A DNA stretch of 64,000 nt from a virus: IMG/VR virus record IMGVR_UViG_3300032308_000833, positions 1 through 64,000 of that record; one strand, 5' to 3'. Position numbers and translations under genes: made by a program. Positions 43,471 to 55,351 of this stretch are shown here, piece by piece; position 1 is the stretch's first letter, and every line of letters starts with the position of its first letter. Under the pieces are notes generated by a model. That model saw only the letters and a program-made list of their open reading frames with translations, did not search any database and was not told the origin of the DNA.

Positions 43471-46400
43471 ATGGCTGATGTAGAGTCCAATATAAAAATT
43501 GGTATTGACACTGGTGAAGCGTTAACGCAATTAAAAGCGTTACAACGCCAGATATCAGCCTTTCACACCTCAATGGCAAAAACAGGTGCTGCAGGTGTTG
43601 CAGTATCTAATAACCTTTCTCAAAACCTAGCAAATCAAATAAACGCTGGCGGCAAATTCTATGCCGAAATGAAAAAGATTAGAACAACAACTGACGCATT
43701 TAATGCAGCACTAGAAAAAAATCAACTCTCAATGAGAGAGTATTTTAGGTATACTGGTGCTTCTACAAGAACTTTTGGAAAGTTATTTAAATCTGAATTT
43801 GATACTATTAATAAAGTTGCAAGAGAAAATGTAAAAACATTACAAACTCAATATATTAAAATGGGTAGAGATGCAAGTGGTGCTCTTAGAGCAATGTCAG
43901 TTCGTCCATTAACTTTGGATATGAATGATTATGGTACTAAGGTGGCGATGGCTGCTCAAAGACAGGCATTGTTAAATCAACTACTTAGACAGGGTTCTAC
44001 AAACTTATTAAATTTTGGTAAGAATACACAATGGGCTGGTCGTCAACTTATGGTTGGTTTTACAATTCCATTATTGTCTTTTGGCACAATTGCATCAAAA
44101 ACATTTATGGATTTAGAAGAGCAAGCAATTAGATTTAGACGTGTTTATGGTGATCTTTTTACAACAAATACAGAAACAACAAAAGCATTAAAAGATGTTC
44201 AAGCACTTGCTAATGAGTTTACTAAATATGGTGTAGCAGTAGCAGATACCATGAAGATGGCTGCAGATGTTGCAGCAACAGGTAAAATGGGAACAGACTT
44301 GCTAGAACAAATAAGTCAAGCAAACAAATTGGCTGTACTTGGTGGAATTGATCAACAAAAATCTCTTGACACTATTATTTCTTTAACGTCTGCATTTGGA
44401 AAAGAAACTAAAGCATTATCAGAAGATATTAACTTCCTAAACGCAGTAGAAAACCAAACTATTCTTAACATTGATGATTTAACAACTGCAATTCCTAAAG
44501 CAGCACCAGTAATTAAACAACTTGGTGGAGATGTTCAAGACTTAGCATTCTTTATGACTGCGATGCGTGAAGGTGGTATTCAGGCTGGAGAAGGTGCTAA
44601 CGCATTAAAGTCTGGTCTTGCATCTATGATTAACCCAACTGATAAGGCAGCAAAAGCACTTGGTGCAATGGGTATAAATATTAAAGGTATTGTTGAAGCA
44701 AACCAAGGTGATGTAAGAAATCTTGTTATTGGTATGGCTAAAGCATTTGATCAACTAGATCCATTAAATCGTGCTAGAGCAATTGAACAGTTATTTGGTA
44801 AGTTTCAGTTTGCTCGTATTTCTACATTGTTTCAAAATGTTATTAAAGAGGGTAGTCAGGCTCAAACAGTCGCTAAATTAACACAAGCAACTACAGAAGA
44901 GTTGGCTATTTTATCTGAAAGAGAATTAAAAAAGGTAGAAGAGTCTCCTTTATACAAATTTAAAAAAGAAGTTCAAGATCTTAAAACAGCAATTGCTCCT
45001 GTTGGTGCAGAATTCTTAAAAGCCTTAACTCCAATTGTTAAATTTTTTGGTAACGTATTTGAAAACTTTAATAATTTTGGAGACGGTACAAAGAAAGTAA
45101 TGGTCTTATTAACAGCAGTGTTAGCAGGTATAGGTCCATTAGCATTGATGTCATTTGGTTTGTTGGCTAACGGTATTGCAAATATAATTAAAGGCTTTAC
45201 TGCAGTAAAATCATTATTTAATAAAACTGGAAGTTCTACCCAACATTTGGGCGAGCAAACCAATTATTTAACACAAGAACAATTAAGAGCAGCATCTGTT
45301 GCCGCATCATTAGATCAAGCACATATGAGATTAACACAAAGGTTTACATCTGAAGCAGCGGCAGTTAGAAATCTATCAACAGCATATCAACAAGCAATAG
45401 CAACACAAAGCATGTTTGGTTTGGGTGCTGTTAGAGGTAAAGGTGGTACTGCTCAACAACCAAAGGGTTATGCAAAAGGTGTGGTAAGTGTTCCAGGAAG
45501 TGGCACTGGAGATAAAGTTCCAGCAATGCTTTCTCCAGGAGAAGCAATTATTCCTGCAGCAAATGCAAAAGAAAATCCAGCATTAGTTAGTGCTTTGGTT
45601 AGTGGAAAGATAAAAGGTTATGAAGATGGACTAGACCCAGTTGGAAAAGGATACAAAAATGCTACCTTGTTTATGCCTCATCCTATGAATAAAGCACTAG
45701 ATTCAGGTCAGGGTGTTTTAACTAAAGATTTGGTTAGATATTTTAAAGATGCAGGTAGTGCTGCAGCAGCACCATTGATAACAGTAATGGCTAAATCAAT
45801 GGGTCTAGAAATAAACAATCCTAAAGTTAGAAGTGAATTTTCTGAAATTGGTAAAAAATTAATTACAAGTGCAACAACTGCATTAGAAAAATCTGGTATG
45901 CAGTTTGTTAAAGATGAAGATTTAGAAAGAATAGTTGTTCCAGCAATGAAAAAAACTGCACAAGGACTTAATGTTGCAGGTCAAGAAGTTGCTACTGCTT
46001 TTAATAAGTCAGTTACAGAAATTCAAACTGTTGGAAGAATGGGTGATCCAGGAGGTACGGCAGGAGAAAAAACTAAAACCTCATATTCAGGACGAAGTGC
46101 TCTTTCACCTTTGTCATATATACGACGAAGAACAGAAGCACAAAATCTTGCAATTGAAGAAAACCCAAATATGTTTAGAAGAGTAAAAAGGTTTAGTAAA
46201 AGTTTTGGTAAAGAACGTAATCAATTTCAAACATTTGATCCAAAAACACAAGCATGGGAGACAGGTTCGGCATCACATATTACTAAGTCTCTTACTGCTA
46301 GTGCTTCAAAAATATCAAAAATGGTTGAACCTTATCTTGGAAATGTTTTAGGAAAAATTGAAAAAGGATTTCTTACTGGGCTAAGAAAAACACTAAAAAT

Positions 46401-49400
46401 TAATTCACCAGCAAAGGAACCACAAATTGCTGGAACTCAAAGTGGAAAAGGTTATCTAATAGGATTAAATGAATCTGTTGACGACGCAGCAATGGCAGGA
46501 AGAAAAACAGGAAATGCTTATACAAGTAATTTAACAACATCACAATCAGCAAATGCTTTGTATGGAAAATCGACTGGTATTACAGCAACAGATAAGTCAA
46601 TTAGAAGACAACAAGAAAAATTAGCCAAACAAAATCAAATGATTATTGGTGGTGGTGGCGGCAATGGTGGTAAAGGTAAGGTTGCAGGTGATGCGAAAGG
46701 TCCACGTGCTGGAATGATTGGTATGGCAGCATCTACAGCAGTTATGGGAGCATCAATGATGGGCGGTAAAGTTGGAGATACAGCACAACAACTAATGGGA
46801 CCAATAATGATGATTTCTATGTTGTTCGGATTGATGTCTGCACCACTTGCAGCAGTTGTATCCTTAATAGGTTTGCTTGCTTTTGGTATATTTAAATTAA
46901 ATAAAGCAAAGAAAGATGAAATGAAGGCTACCTTAAAACTTATTGATTCAATGGGTACAGGTATAAAGCCTATGCAAGAATTTTCTAAGTTCGCTGGTAC
47001 TGTAACAGCAACAGAAATTATGAACAGAAGACGTGCTAACTTTGCATCTCCTTTTGCAATAAAAACAGGTAAAACAACGTTTGGTGAAAGTTTTGTTGCA
47101 TCAGATGAAGGAAAAGCAAGGGTTGAGTCTATTCAAAAAACAATTTCTAAATCTGGTAAAGAGGGTGCTATTTCAGATCTGTCTAATCAACTTATTGGAT
47201 CAGTTGTATCTGGAGCATTAGATTACAACCAAGCACGTAGCATAGCAGCAAACATTGGAGATGCGATACAGGATTATGATTTCTCTATTGCTGTTAACAC
47301 AAAACTTATTAGTATGTTGGGTCCAAATGGAGAAAATGTATTAAAAGATGGAATAACAATTCAAACTAAACTTATTGAAGAACAAAGAAATAGACTTGTT
47401 GGTGCAATTGGATCTGTTTCAAAAACTTATGATGCAAGAGGATACAAGAGTACATCTAGTGAAAGTGGTGCTGCTGTTTTTGCAAGAATGAAAGTTTTAT
47501 TAGAAACACAACAACAAATGTTAGATGTAACAGAAGTAGAATATAGCAAAAAAATAGAGGCTGCAAAAATTGCTGGAGATCTTAATAAAGTTAATGAATT
47601 GATATTAGAAAGAGAAGAAAAGAAAGCAGCATTATTAAATGAAAGCAAGCAAAGTTATGATGTTATACAAAGTAGATTAGAAGGTGCAGATCCTTCAACT
47701 ATTAAAGCAATGAGGACTGCTGCACAAGAATCAATCAAACAAGTTTATATGGACAGTCCAGAATTAGCAACATTTGCTGCTGAAACAGGTTCAAAATTAA
47801 ATAAAGCAAAGGTAAGCGAAGCAACAAAATTAAACATAGAATTGGGTATGGCTACTCAAGATTTAAATCCAGTAACGGTAGCCAATATTTTAACTAAATT
47901 TACAGATGGAAAAGATATAGATAAGATTTTAAACATTATGCCAAAAGTTGGTGGCAAAGATGCAAACTTAATTTATGATTTAGCGGATAATTTTGCTAGT
48001 TCAGATAAGGCATTAGAGTTTATATATAGTTTTGAAACAAAGACTCCAGAAGAATCAAGAAAAGAGTTAGAGGCTTTTAATGCTATAAGACAACTGTCTA
48101 TGGTTGGTGAAGGAGTAGAAGTTTCAGTATTGTTAGACTATGCACAAACTTCTGGTGCTTCTGCAAAAATTTCTACAATGTTAGAAGAAATAAATAACAC
48201 TAGTGCTAAAGATTTAACATTAGAATTTGCAGTAAAAACAGTTGGACAGGAAGCACTTGACGAACTTGTAGCCAGGGGTCAAGATTGGAAAATGATGCCA
48301 GAAGATCAAAGAAGAAACTTCTTGGCTGCCTCAACAGCAATGTTAAATCTTAAAGGAGATCCTACATTTGTTAAGGCTTATAAAAATTGGTCATTGCAAG
48401 CAGGTAACATAGGAAAATCAATTGAAGATTTTATTGGTTATGGTGGATATAAAGTAACAGAACAAAAGTTAGCAGACACATCCGTGGGAGCAGGTGCAGA
48501 ACAAGAATCAGAAGGCGGCGGGGGACCAACAGGGTCACCATTAGACGACATAGTAAAGAAACTAAGAGATGTAAGAAAAGCCACACAAGAAATGACAATA
48601 GGCTGGAACGACTCAGGAAACGCCTTAAAGAAACTTGCTAAAGAAACACTAGGGTTTGGTGGCTTAGCACAAAAACTTAGAGGAGAAGGTGCTGGACAAA
48701 ATACTATTGACTTCATAACTGGACTATCCCCAGAAGACTATGATAAATACAAATCAATGTTTAAAGATATAAAGGTTTTGCAACAGTCTCTTAACAGTAT
48801 TGCAATTGGTGATTATGTAGAAAATCAAAGAAAAATTGCTACAGATAGTAAAAATCAAGCAATTGCATTTAATATATTAACTAAGTCTGGGATGTCTCTT
48901 GCAGGTGCCTATGATGCAATAAAAGATAGTTCGTTTGCAGCAACAGTGGCACAAGCAAAGGGAGCAGATGTTCTTAAATTAGTTAAAGAACAACAACTAA
49001 GCCTTAAAGCAATATTTGATTCAGGAATGGCAAGTAAACAATATTCTAGTCTTTTTGATCCTGGATTCGATGCTGCTATGAAACTTTTTGATATACAAGA
49101 AAAAATAATTCAACAAAAAAGAAAAGGCGAACTTAATGCACAACAGTTAATTATTGATAATAGTAATAAACAAATTAAGTTAGCAAGAAACATTCAAGAT
49201 ACTAATAATTATCAAATTTCTAAATATGAAGATGGATTAAAGAGTATTAGTGATCAAGCAGAAGTAATTACAGAAAAGTATGATAAACAATTTGCAGCAC
49301 TTGATAAAATTTCTAAAATTAATGAAGTAATATCTAGACAAGAAAAAAGTAGAATATCACTTGCCGAAGCCTTGTCTCAAGGAGATATATACGCTGCAGC

Positions 49401-50448
49401 AAGAGCAGCACAAGAACTTCGTGCTCAAAATGCTCAAGATGCAATAGATCAACAAAGAACTGGAATGGAAGCATCTAGGGATGCACAAATAGGTAGACTA
49501 AGTGCTAATGGTTTAACTAGAGACCAACTAGAAGAAAAGGTAAAACTATTAAAGGAACAAAATTATAGAATTGATCAAGACACTATTGCACCTTTGCAAG
49601 AACAGGCAAGATTAGCACAAGTTAAAGTTGATCTTATTAATGAAGAAATTAAAGCAGTAACTGAAGTATTTAGAGTTGCTAATATGACTAAGTCTGAATG
49701 GGAAGAGCAAAAACTTAGAATTGAAGGTGCCGAAGCAGCAACAGGTAAATATACAAATGCATTAAACACATCTCTTGGTGTAGTTCAGGGGATAAGAGAT
49801 ACCTATGATGAAATTCTTAGAACAATGCAAGACATGTCTAAAATGACATTTACTCCATTTGTTGATCCAGGACCACCGCCACCACCAGTAGTAGATCCAA
49901 AAAAAGATCCAAAAAAAGATCCAAAAAAAGATCCAAAACCAACTGTGAGTATTGCAAAACCATCAAATGTAATCAATTCAAAATTTCCAACAGTAACCTA
50001 TTCAAATATTATGGGAAGCGGTAGTGGTGTTAATATTGGAACTTCAAGTAAAGCGGTTATGGGTGGAGGAAAAACTCTTGCACCACAAACATGGCAACAG
50101 GCTGTTGCAAAAGCAAATAATATAAATGTATTACCAAGCACTAAAAAGAAATATATGGGTGGCATGATTTCTAAGTTTGCTGCTGGTGGTTTTGCGGTTG
50201 GTACTGATACCGTGCCAGCAATGCTAACTCCTGGTGAATTTATTGTAAGTAAATATGGTGTTGATAAATTCGGGGTAGATAACTTAAAGGCAATTAACAA
50301 AGGTGATAACCCTTCATCATCTTCAGTGTATAATTATAACTTGAGTGTTAATGTTAAGTCTGATGCAAACCCTAACGAGATTGCTAGAACGGTAATGATG
50401 CAGATTAAGCAAATAGATTCTCAAAGAATTAAGGGGAATAGAATATAA
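43471..50448 (+). CDS. Tape measure protein
   Basis: 2325-aa Ala/Lys-rich helical ORF; TP901-type core; hydrophobic segments; D.VPAML.PGE motif twice. Confidence 0.93.
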   Translation: MADVESNIKIGIDTGEALTQLKALQRQISAFHTSMAKTGAAGVAVSNNLSQNLANQINAGGKFYAEMKKIRTTTDAFNAALEKNQLSMREYFRYTGASTRTFGKLFKSEFDTINKVARENVKTLQTQYIKMGRDASGALRAMSVRPLTLDMNDYGTKVAMAAQRQALLNQLLRQGSTNLLNFGKNTQWAGRQLMVGFTIPLLSFGTIASKTFMDLEEQAIRFRRVYGDLFTTNTETTKALKDVQALANEFTKYGVAVADTMKMAADVAATGKMGTDLLEQISQANKLAVLGGIDQQKSLDTIISLTSAFGKETKALSEDINFLNAVENQTILNIDDLTTAIPKAAPVIKQLGGDVQDLAFFMTAMREGGIQAGEGANALKSGLASMINPTDKAAKALGAMGINIKGIVEANQGDVRNLVIGMAKAFDQLDPLNRARAIEQLFGKFQFARISTLFQNVIKEGSQAQTVAKLTQATTEELAILSERELKKVEESPLYKFKKEVQDLKTAIAPVGAEFLKALTPIVKFFGNVFENFNNFGDGTKKVMVLLTAVLAGIGPLALMSFGLLANGIANIIKGFTAVKSLFNKTGSSTQHLGEQTNYLTQEQLRAASVAASLDQAHMRLTQRFTSEAAAVRNLSTAYQQAIATQSMFGLGAVRGKGGTAQQPKGYAKGVVSVPGSGTGDKVPAMLSPGEAIIPAANAKENPALVSALVSGKIKGYEDGLDPVGKGYKNATLFMPHPMNKALDSGQGVLTKDLVRYFKDAGSAAAAPLITVMAKSMGLEINNPKVRSEFSEIGKKLITSATTALEKSGMQFVKDEDLERIVVPAMKKTAQGLNVAGQEVATAFNKSVTEIQTVGRMGDPGGTAGEKTKTSYSGRSALSPLSYIRRRTEAQNLAIEENPNMFRRVKRFSKSFGKERNQFQTFDPKTQAWETGSASHITKSLTASASKISKMVEPYLGNVLGKIEKGFLTGLRKTLKINSPAKEPQIAGTQSGKGYLIGLNESVDDAAMAGRKTGNAYTSNLTTSQSANALYGKSTGITATDKSIRRQQEKLAKQNQMIIGGGGGNGGKGKVAGDAKGPRAGMIGMAASTAVMGASMMGGKVGDTAQQLMGPIMMISMLFGLMSAPLAAVVSLIGLLAFGIFKLNKAKKDEMKATLKLIDSMGTGIKPMQEFSKFAGTVTATEIMNRRRANFASPFAIKTGKTTFGESFVASDEGKARVESIQKTISKSGKEGAISDLSNQLIGSVVSGALDYNQARSIAANIGDAIQDYDFSIAVNTKLISMLGPNGENVLKDGITIQTKLIEEQRNRLVGAIGSVSKTYDARGYKSTSSESGAAVFARMKVLLETQQQMLDVTEVEYSKKIEAAKIAGDLNKVNELILEREEKKAALLNESKQSYDVIQSRLEGADPSTIKAMRTAAQESIKQVYMDSPELATFAAETGSKLNKAKVSEATKLNIELGMATQDLNPVTVANILTKFTDGKDIDKILNIMPKVGGKDANLIYDLADNFASSDKALEFIYSFETKTPEESRKELEAFNAIRQLSMVGEGVEVSVLLDYAQTSGASAKISTMLEEINNTSAKDLTLEFAVKTVGQEALDELVARGQDWKMMPEDQRRNFLAASTAMLNLKGDPTFVKAYKNWSLQAGNIGKSIEDFIGYGGYKVTEQKLADTSVGAGAEQESEGGGGPTGSPLDDIVKKLRDVRKATQEMTIGWNDSGNALKKLAKETLGFGGLAQKLRGEGAGQNTIDFITGLSPEDYDKYKSMFKDIKVLQQSLNSIAIGDYVENQRKIATDSKNQAIAFNILTKSGMSLAGAYDAIKDSSFAATVAQAKGADVLKLVKEQQLSLKAIFDSGMASKQYSSLFDPGFDAAMKLFDIQEKIIQQKRKGELNAQQLIIDNSNKQIKLARNIQDTNNYQISKYEDGLKSISDQAEVITEKYDKQFAALDKISKINEVISRQEKSRISLAEALSQGDIYAAARAAQELRAQNAQDAIDQQRTGMEASRDAQIGRLSANGLTRDQLEEKVKLLKEQNYRIDQDTIAPLQEQARLAQVKVDLINEEIKAVTEVFRVANMTKSEWEEQKLRIEGAEAATGKYTNALNTSLGVVQGIRDTYDEILRTMQDMSKMTFTPFVDPGPPPPPVVDPKKDPKKDPKKDPKPTVSIAKPSNVINSKFPTVTYSNIMGSGSGVNIGTSSKAVMGGGKTLAPQTWQQAVAKANNINVLPSTKKKYMGGMISKFAAGGFAVGTDTVPAMLTPGEFIVSKYGVDKFGVDNLKAINKGDNPSSSSVYNYNLSVNVKSDANPNEIARTVMMQIKQIDSQRIKGNRI

Positions 50449-51092
50449 TGGCAACTTTAAATTACCTTGCTGGTAGAAAAAAATACGGTAGACCCCAAGC
50501 ACTCTTGTTTGCAGATACCCCTGGAACCCTTATACAGAGTGCAAATGGAATGACTCACGTTCCAGATGGTTTTGAAATAAACGCAGACATAGATATTTCT
50601 GAACTTCAAAATAATTCATCTAGATTTATGATACTTTCAGATCACAACCGTGGTCCAATAGATGTTAAAAATAATAGACTTGAGCAAAAAGAAAGAACTA
50701 TTAATGGTAAAATGAGATCATTTTATATTGCAGATAAAAACACTTTTTCTGTAAGTTGGCAAAACTTACCATCTAGATCTTTTTCTAATTTATCAAATTT
50801 TAATACTAGTACTGGAAAAGAAGAGGTTGGTTTAGATAAATATACGGTAGATGGTGGAGCAGGAGGAAATGAGTTATTGGATTGGTACTTAAATCACAAA
50901 GGTTCTTTTTATCTATTTATTGCGTACGATAACTATATTAAATTAAAAGATCAAAATAATACATACAATAGACTTAGTGAGTATCAAGAAGTTGTAGAAG
51001 TATTATTTTCAGATTTTTCATACAGTGTAAATAAAAGAGGATATAGCAAACATGATTTGTGGGATATAAGTTTATCTTTGGAAGAAGTATAA
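50448..51092 (+). CDS. Distal tail (Dit-like) protein
   Basis: Follows TMP; RTINGKMR..Y, WDISLSLEEV. Confidence 0.65.
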   Translation: MATLNYLAGRKKYGRPQALLFADTPGTLIQSANGMTHVPDGFEINADIDISELQNNSSRFMILSDHNRGPIDVKNNRLEQKERTINGKMRSFYIADKNTFSVSWQNLPSRSFSNLSNFNTSTGKEEVGLDKYTVDGGAGGNELLDWYLNHKGSFYLFIAYDNYIKLKDQNNTYNRLSEYQEVVEVLFSDFSYSVNKRGYSKHDLWDISLSLEEV

Positions 51093-54000
51093 TGTTTGTA
51101 AAAGAAAACATAAAAGAAGTTTTTGAAACTTCAAATACTGTAGGTGTAAAAGGTTTAGTTTTAGCAGAATGGAATTTAAATAGTTCAGAAAATTTATTAA
51201 AAATAGGCAACTATAGATATAGACCATTAGAAAACTTATCTAAATATAAACAAATTTTTGATTCATATGATTATAAGGATACTGGAAACTTTTATACTAA
51301 TGCAACGGATGCAGATATTATTGTAGATGGTGGTGTTGATGATGATAACGAACCACAACTATTTGTTTCAAATAGAGAAAAAGAATCTCAACTATTTTCA
51401 TTAGAAGATTGTTTTGGTAAATTTAGACCACGATCTGGAATTAATAAAATAAGATATTTTAATAACAAATATTTTCATAATCCTAATTCATATTTATCAG
51501 ATAGACCAAGATATTATATGTCAGACAAAAGAGATTATTTTAAATATTGGAGTTCTTATAGAACTGAAGATGGAATTGAAAGAGGTATAGCAAAAAATAT
51601 ATCAAATGGTAAAAATTATATAGATGATGTTGCACCATTTGTAGTATATAAAAATAGTATACCAACTAACAGAATAGTTATCAAAATGCAAACTAACGTA
51701 GGAAGCACTGATCTTGGATCGTTTTCTACAGTTTCAGGAACTATAAGTGATCCCTTTTATGGATATGAAAATCAAACAACACCTTTAGTATGGAAAGTAC
51801 AAAAACTAAGAAATAACATTTGGACAGATTTAATTAGTTTTGATCAAAATTCTACAAGAAGTGATGGAAGTAAAGTAATCAAATCTGATGGACATGTTGA
51901 ATTAAAGTATGGAGTTGTTACTCCATTAAAATATAAAGACAGTTTTAATTTTATAACAATTTTATTATCTAGTTCACAATTACCATTAACAGGAAATTAT
52001 GGAGATGCATTTTTAGTAAGAGATAATTTTAGTGGAGAAGTAGGAACTTTGTATGTATACAATGGACTAGGGTATGACGAATTTGCAGCAAATTATGGTT
52101 GGTCTTTATTAGAAAAAGAAGTAGATAAATCATCTTTAGTTACAGAGTTATCTTCACCTTTTTCTTATTTTGATAACAATGAAAAAAATATTAAATATAA
52201 CCAATTTGAATATATAGATGGTTTAAGAGTTATTGTAACAACCATGAATAAATTTGATAGTGTTTTTGAGTTAATAGAGTTATCTCCTAGACTAGTAGCA
52301 GACATTACTGATAATGTTATTAACTACACATTAAATAAGTCTATATCTGATTTAAATTTAAACGGCTTACCAGTTGGCCAATTATTGGCTTCTGGTGGAA
52401 ACTTAGAAATTATTGATCCATCTTTAGCATTCAATAAAAATAATAACTTAAGCATAATTTCTCAATATTTAAATAATAATGTTAAGTTTAGTTTTTATGA
52501 AGAGGTATTCACTGGATCTAACGATAATAATTACATACCATTAAAAAAGTTTTATTCAGATAACATACCACAAACAGACATAAAAAATGGAAAAACTTCT
52601 GTAGAGTTAAGAGATTTATATTTTTACTTAGAACAAATAAATGCCCCTAACCTATTTTTAACTAACGTTTCTGTTAATTTTGCAATTTCTCTTTTATTAG
52701 ATTATGCTGGATTTTCTAATTATAAATTTAAAAAAATTGACAATGAAAAAGAATTAGTAATTCCTTTCTTTTTTTGTAATGACGAAAAAAACATTGCACA
52801 AGTTTTAAATGATTTAGCAGTATCTTCTCAGTCTTCAATGTTCTTTAATGAGGAAAATGATTTAGTCGTAATGAGTAAAAACTATACTGTTCCAAAAATA
52901 AATGATAGATCAGTAGATATGGTTCTTTACGGTTCAAACAATGTCCTTGTTAATAAAAAAGAAAATATAATTAATGCATCTCTTGTAGATACAAAAGTTT
53001 TAAATTCAGGAAACATTAACTATACAACTAGATACATTCAAAAAACTTTGGGATCAATAAAGCAAGCAACTCTTTTAGATAAAGAAAAAACTTGGGTATA
53101 CAAGCCAACACTTTTGTGGGAAGTGTCTGGAAAAAATAATACTAAAACTGTTAATGAATCAGCAAGCACCATGTCTTCTTATATTCTTTCAGCAATACCA
53201 CTTGCGTCTTCATTAAATGATATTGCTCCAGTAATTGAAAACAATACTTTAATTAATAATACAATAGATCTTGGAGAAAATGTATATTGGTTAGGAAACT
53301 ATAATGGTTATTTTTATTCAAACGGAGAAGTTATAAGATACGATGCTGTTGAATATAATGTTTCAGGATTTGGTAATCTATGGATAACAAACGTTCAAGA
53401 TTATGAAAATTATTTTTCACAACTTCCATTTAATGGAAAGATGTATCCAACTGGATTAATAAGAATTTACACAGAACTGGACTATGTAGAAAAAAATGGA
53501 ATCAAGATTTTAAAAAATGGCAATGTTATTAAAAATGGAAGAGCACAGTTTGGTACAGAAATTACCAATCATTATGCAGGACTAGATCCGTATTGGGTTA
53601 ATAACGATAACGTTAGAGGATGCAATATGTATTCTGAGTACTTGTTTTCAGATAAAGTTTTAGATAAAACTGTTGTTGTTGGCCCTGCTGGAATAAGTAA
53701 CAATATAGCAAAACAAACTACAAGAACAAGTAAGATTAAAAACTTTTTGTCAAGTTCTTATGTTTCAGAATATGATAATAAGAATTCAATAAATAACAAG
53801 TCTGGCAGTGTTCAGTCTTCTGCTTTAGTTATGACTGGCCCTTCATTTACTTTTGAACAGAAACCTATTGATTACATTAACTATGTGTATAAGCCATTAA
53901 ACAACAAGTTTAAACATTTTGGAACTAGACTAAGAATAATCGGTAATATTGAAAACAATGAAGTTAGAGGTCAATCACCTGTAGGAAGTATGACATATTA

Positions 54001-55351
54001 CGTATCTCCAGGAAGTGAGCCATCTCAAAATATCAGTATTGGTGGTGGTTCTGGCGGGTTAGGAATTATGGTTAATCCATCAACCAACGTTGGATATTAT
54101 TTTGAAATTGTTGCACTAACAGAAAACAATATAGAAAAGTATAGTAATGGATCTAACATTGCTAATTTATTGTTTTATAAAGTAGGAAAAGATAGCGAAG
54201 GAAACCTTGGAGTGCCAGTAAAACTTTGGTCTGGTTCAACAAATGTTTTAGTTGACGACGGTAACTTTACTGGTCAATATAGATTAACAGGTGAAGAAAA
54301 TCCAACAGTATACGATATAGCAGTTGAATATCTAGATATAAACCAAACAAGAAAATTTTATTTGTATATAAATAATAACATAGTTGCCATTGTAGATGAC
54401 GCAAGTCCACTTCCAATCTATAACAATATGTGTATTTTTACTAGAGGAACATCAAAGGTTATGTTCGAAAACATATTTGCACTTGGCAGTAACTATGCAA
54501 AAAATATGGAAGAAAGTTTAGATGTCCCTTTTAATAAAATATTTGACAATCAAGAGTTAACCTCTAATGAAGCATTTAGAAAACATGCTCTTAGTTCAGT
54601 AGTTCAGTCTACACATCTATCTGGAATTAGTCCAGCAGAGCCACCATCTTACAATTTTTATTTTGATGAATTTGGATCAATAATGAGAGAGTGTGCATAT
54701 TTTAATGTTAAGTTTGACAAAGCATATCCAGCATTATATTCAAAAATATCTCCAACCTTTAATCAAATTAAGGGATATACTGTTTCAGGATTTGTACCAG
54801 ATGCTTATGGAGCAGAGTTTTTAATTTTTAATGCTACGGATACGGCTTTGTCCTTGGATGAAACATCTGGAAACTATTTAAGAATTCAGGGAGTTGCTTT
54901 TACTCAATCAACTAACAACACATTAACTGTGGATGACTATTATAAAGAAAATTCAAATAATATTAAAACACAATACTTAGATGATGCAACTATACAATCA
55001 AATGTAATCTCAAAAAATAAATATGACAAATTAAAAAATAGTAAATCAAAGTATGGAACAAAAGAATTTACTATTGATGTTCCCTATGTACAATCACGTG
55101 ATGAGGCAGAGTCCTTGCTTGGTTGGATTGTTGACAAAACAATAGACCCTAAGAGTGCAATTAGTCTAGACATTTTTGCTACACCAATAATTCAATTGGG
55201 AGATTTGATAAGTATATATTATAAAGATTTAAATGAAGAAAGTGTTATAGCAGCAGAAGATAAAAGATTTGTTGTATATAACATTACATATTCAAGATCT
55301 TCAATTGGACCAACAATGAAGATATTCTGTTATGAGGTTTCAGATGAGTGA
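51092..55351 (+). CDS. Large tail tip / hub protein
   Basis: Position; SKYG..E..ID.PYVQ and P.IQLGD motifs; start at TAATG overlap. Confidence 0.7.
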   Translation: MFVKENIKEVFETSNTVGVKGLVLAEWNLNSSENLLKIGNYRYRPLENLSKYKQIFDSYDYKDTGNFYTNATDADIIVDGGVDDDNEPQLFVSNREKESQLFSLEDCFGKFRPRSGINKIRYFNNKYFHNPNSYLSDRPRYYMSDKRDYFKYWSSYRTEDGIERGIAKNISNGKNYIDDVAPFVVYKNSIPTNRIVIKMQTNVGSTDLGSFSTVSGTISDPFYGYENQTTPLVWKVQKLRNNIWTDLISFDQNSTRSDGSKVIKSDGHVELKYGVVTPLKYKDSFNFITILLSSSQLPLTGNYGDAFLVRDNFSGEVGTLYVYNGLGYDEFAANYGWSLLEKEVDKSSLVTELSSPFSYFDNNEKNIKYNQFEYIDGLRVIVTTMNKFDSVFELIELSPRLVADITDNVINYTLNKSISDLNLNGLPVGQLLASGGNLEIIDPSLAFNKNNNLSIISQYLNNNVKFSFYEEVFTGSNDNNYIPLKKFYSDNIPQTDIKNGKTSVELRDLYFYLEQINAPNLFLTNVSVNFAISLLLDYAGFSNYKFKKIDNEKELVIPFFFCNDEKNIAQVLNDLAVSSQSSMFFNEENDLVVMSKNYTVPKINDRSVDMVLYGSNNVLVNKKENIINASLVDTKVLNSGNINYTTRYIQKTLGSIKQATLLDKEKTWVYKPTLLWEVSGKNNTKTVNESASTMSSYILSAIPLASSLNDIAPVIENNTLINNTIDLGENVYWLGNYNGYFYSNGEVIRYDAVEYNVSGFGNLWITNVQDYENYFSQLPFNGKMYPTGLIRIYTELDYVEKNGIKILKNGNVIKNGRAQFGTEITNHYAGLDPYWVNNDNVRGCNMYSEYLFSDKVLDKTVVVGPAGISNNIAKQTTRTSKIKNFLSSSYVSEYDNKNSINNKSGSVQSSALVMTGPSFTFEQKPIDYINYVYKPLNNKFKHFGTRLRIIGNIENNEVRGQSPVGSMTYYVSPGSEPSQNISIGGGSGGLGIMVNPSTNVGYYFEIVALTENNIEKYSNGSNIANLLFYKVGKDSEGNLGVPVKLWSGSTNVLVDDGNFTGQYRLTGEENPTVYDIAVEYLDINQTRKFYLYINNNIVAIVDDASPLPIYNNMCIFTRGTSKVMFENIFALGSNYAKNMEESLDVPFNKIFDNQELTSNEAFRKHALSSVVQSTHLSGISPAEPPSYNFYFDEFGSIMRECAYFNVKFDKAYPALYSKISPTFNQIKGYTVSGFVPDAYGAEFLIFNATDTALSLDETSGNYLRIQGVAFTQSTNNTLTVDDYYKENSNNIKTQYLDDATIQSNVISKNKYDKLKNSKSKYGTKEFTIDVPYVQSRDEAESLLGWIVDKTIDPKSAISLDIFATPIIQLGDLISIYYKDLNEESVIAAEDKRFVVYNITYSRSSIGPTMKIFCYEVSDE

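Noticed and set aside
49894-49938. GATCCAAAAAAA tandem repeat (DPKK x3-4) in the tape measure gene as a phase-variation tract
   Set aside because: The 12-bp in-frame unit encodes a low-complexity linker; copy-number change would not shift frame
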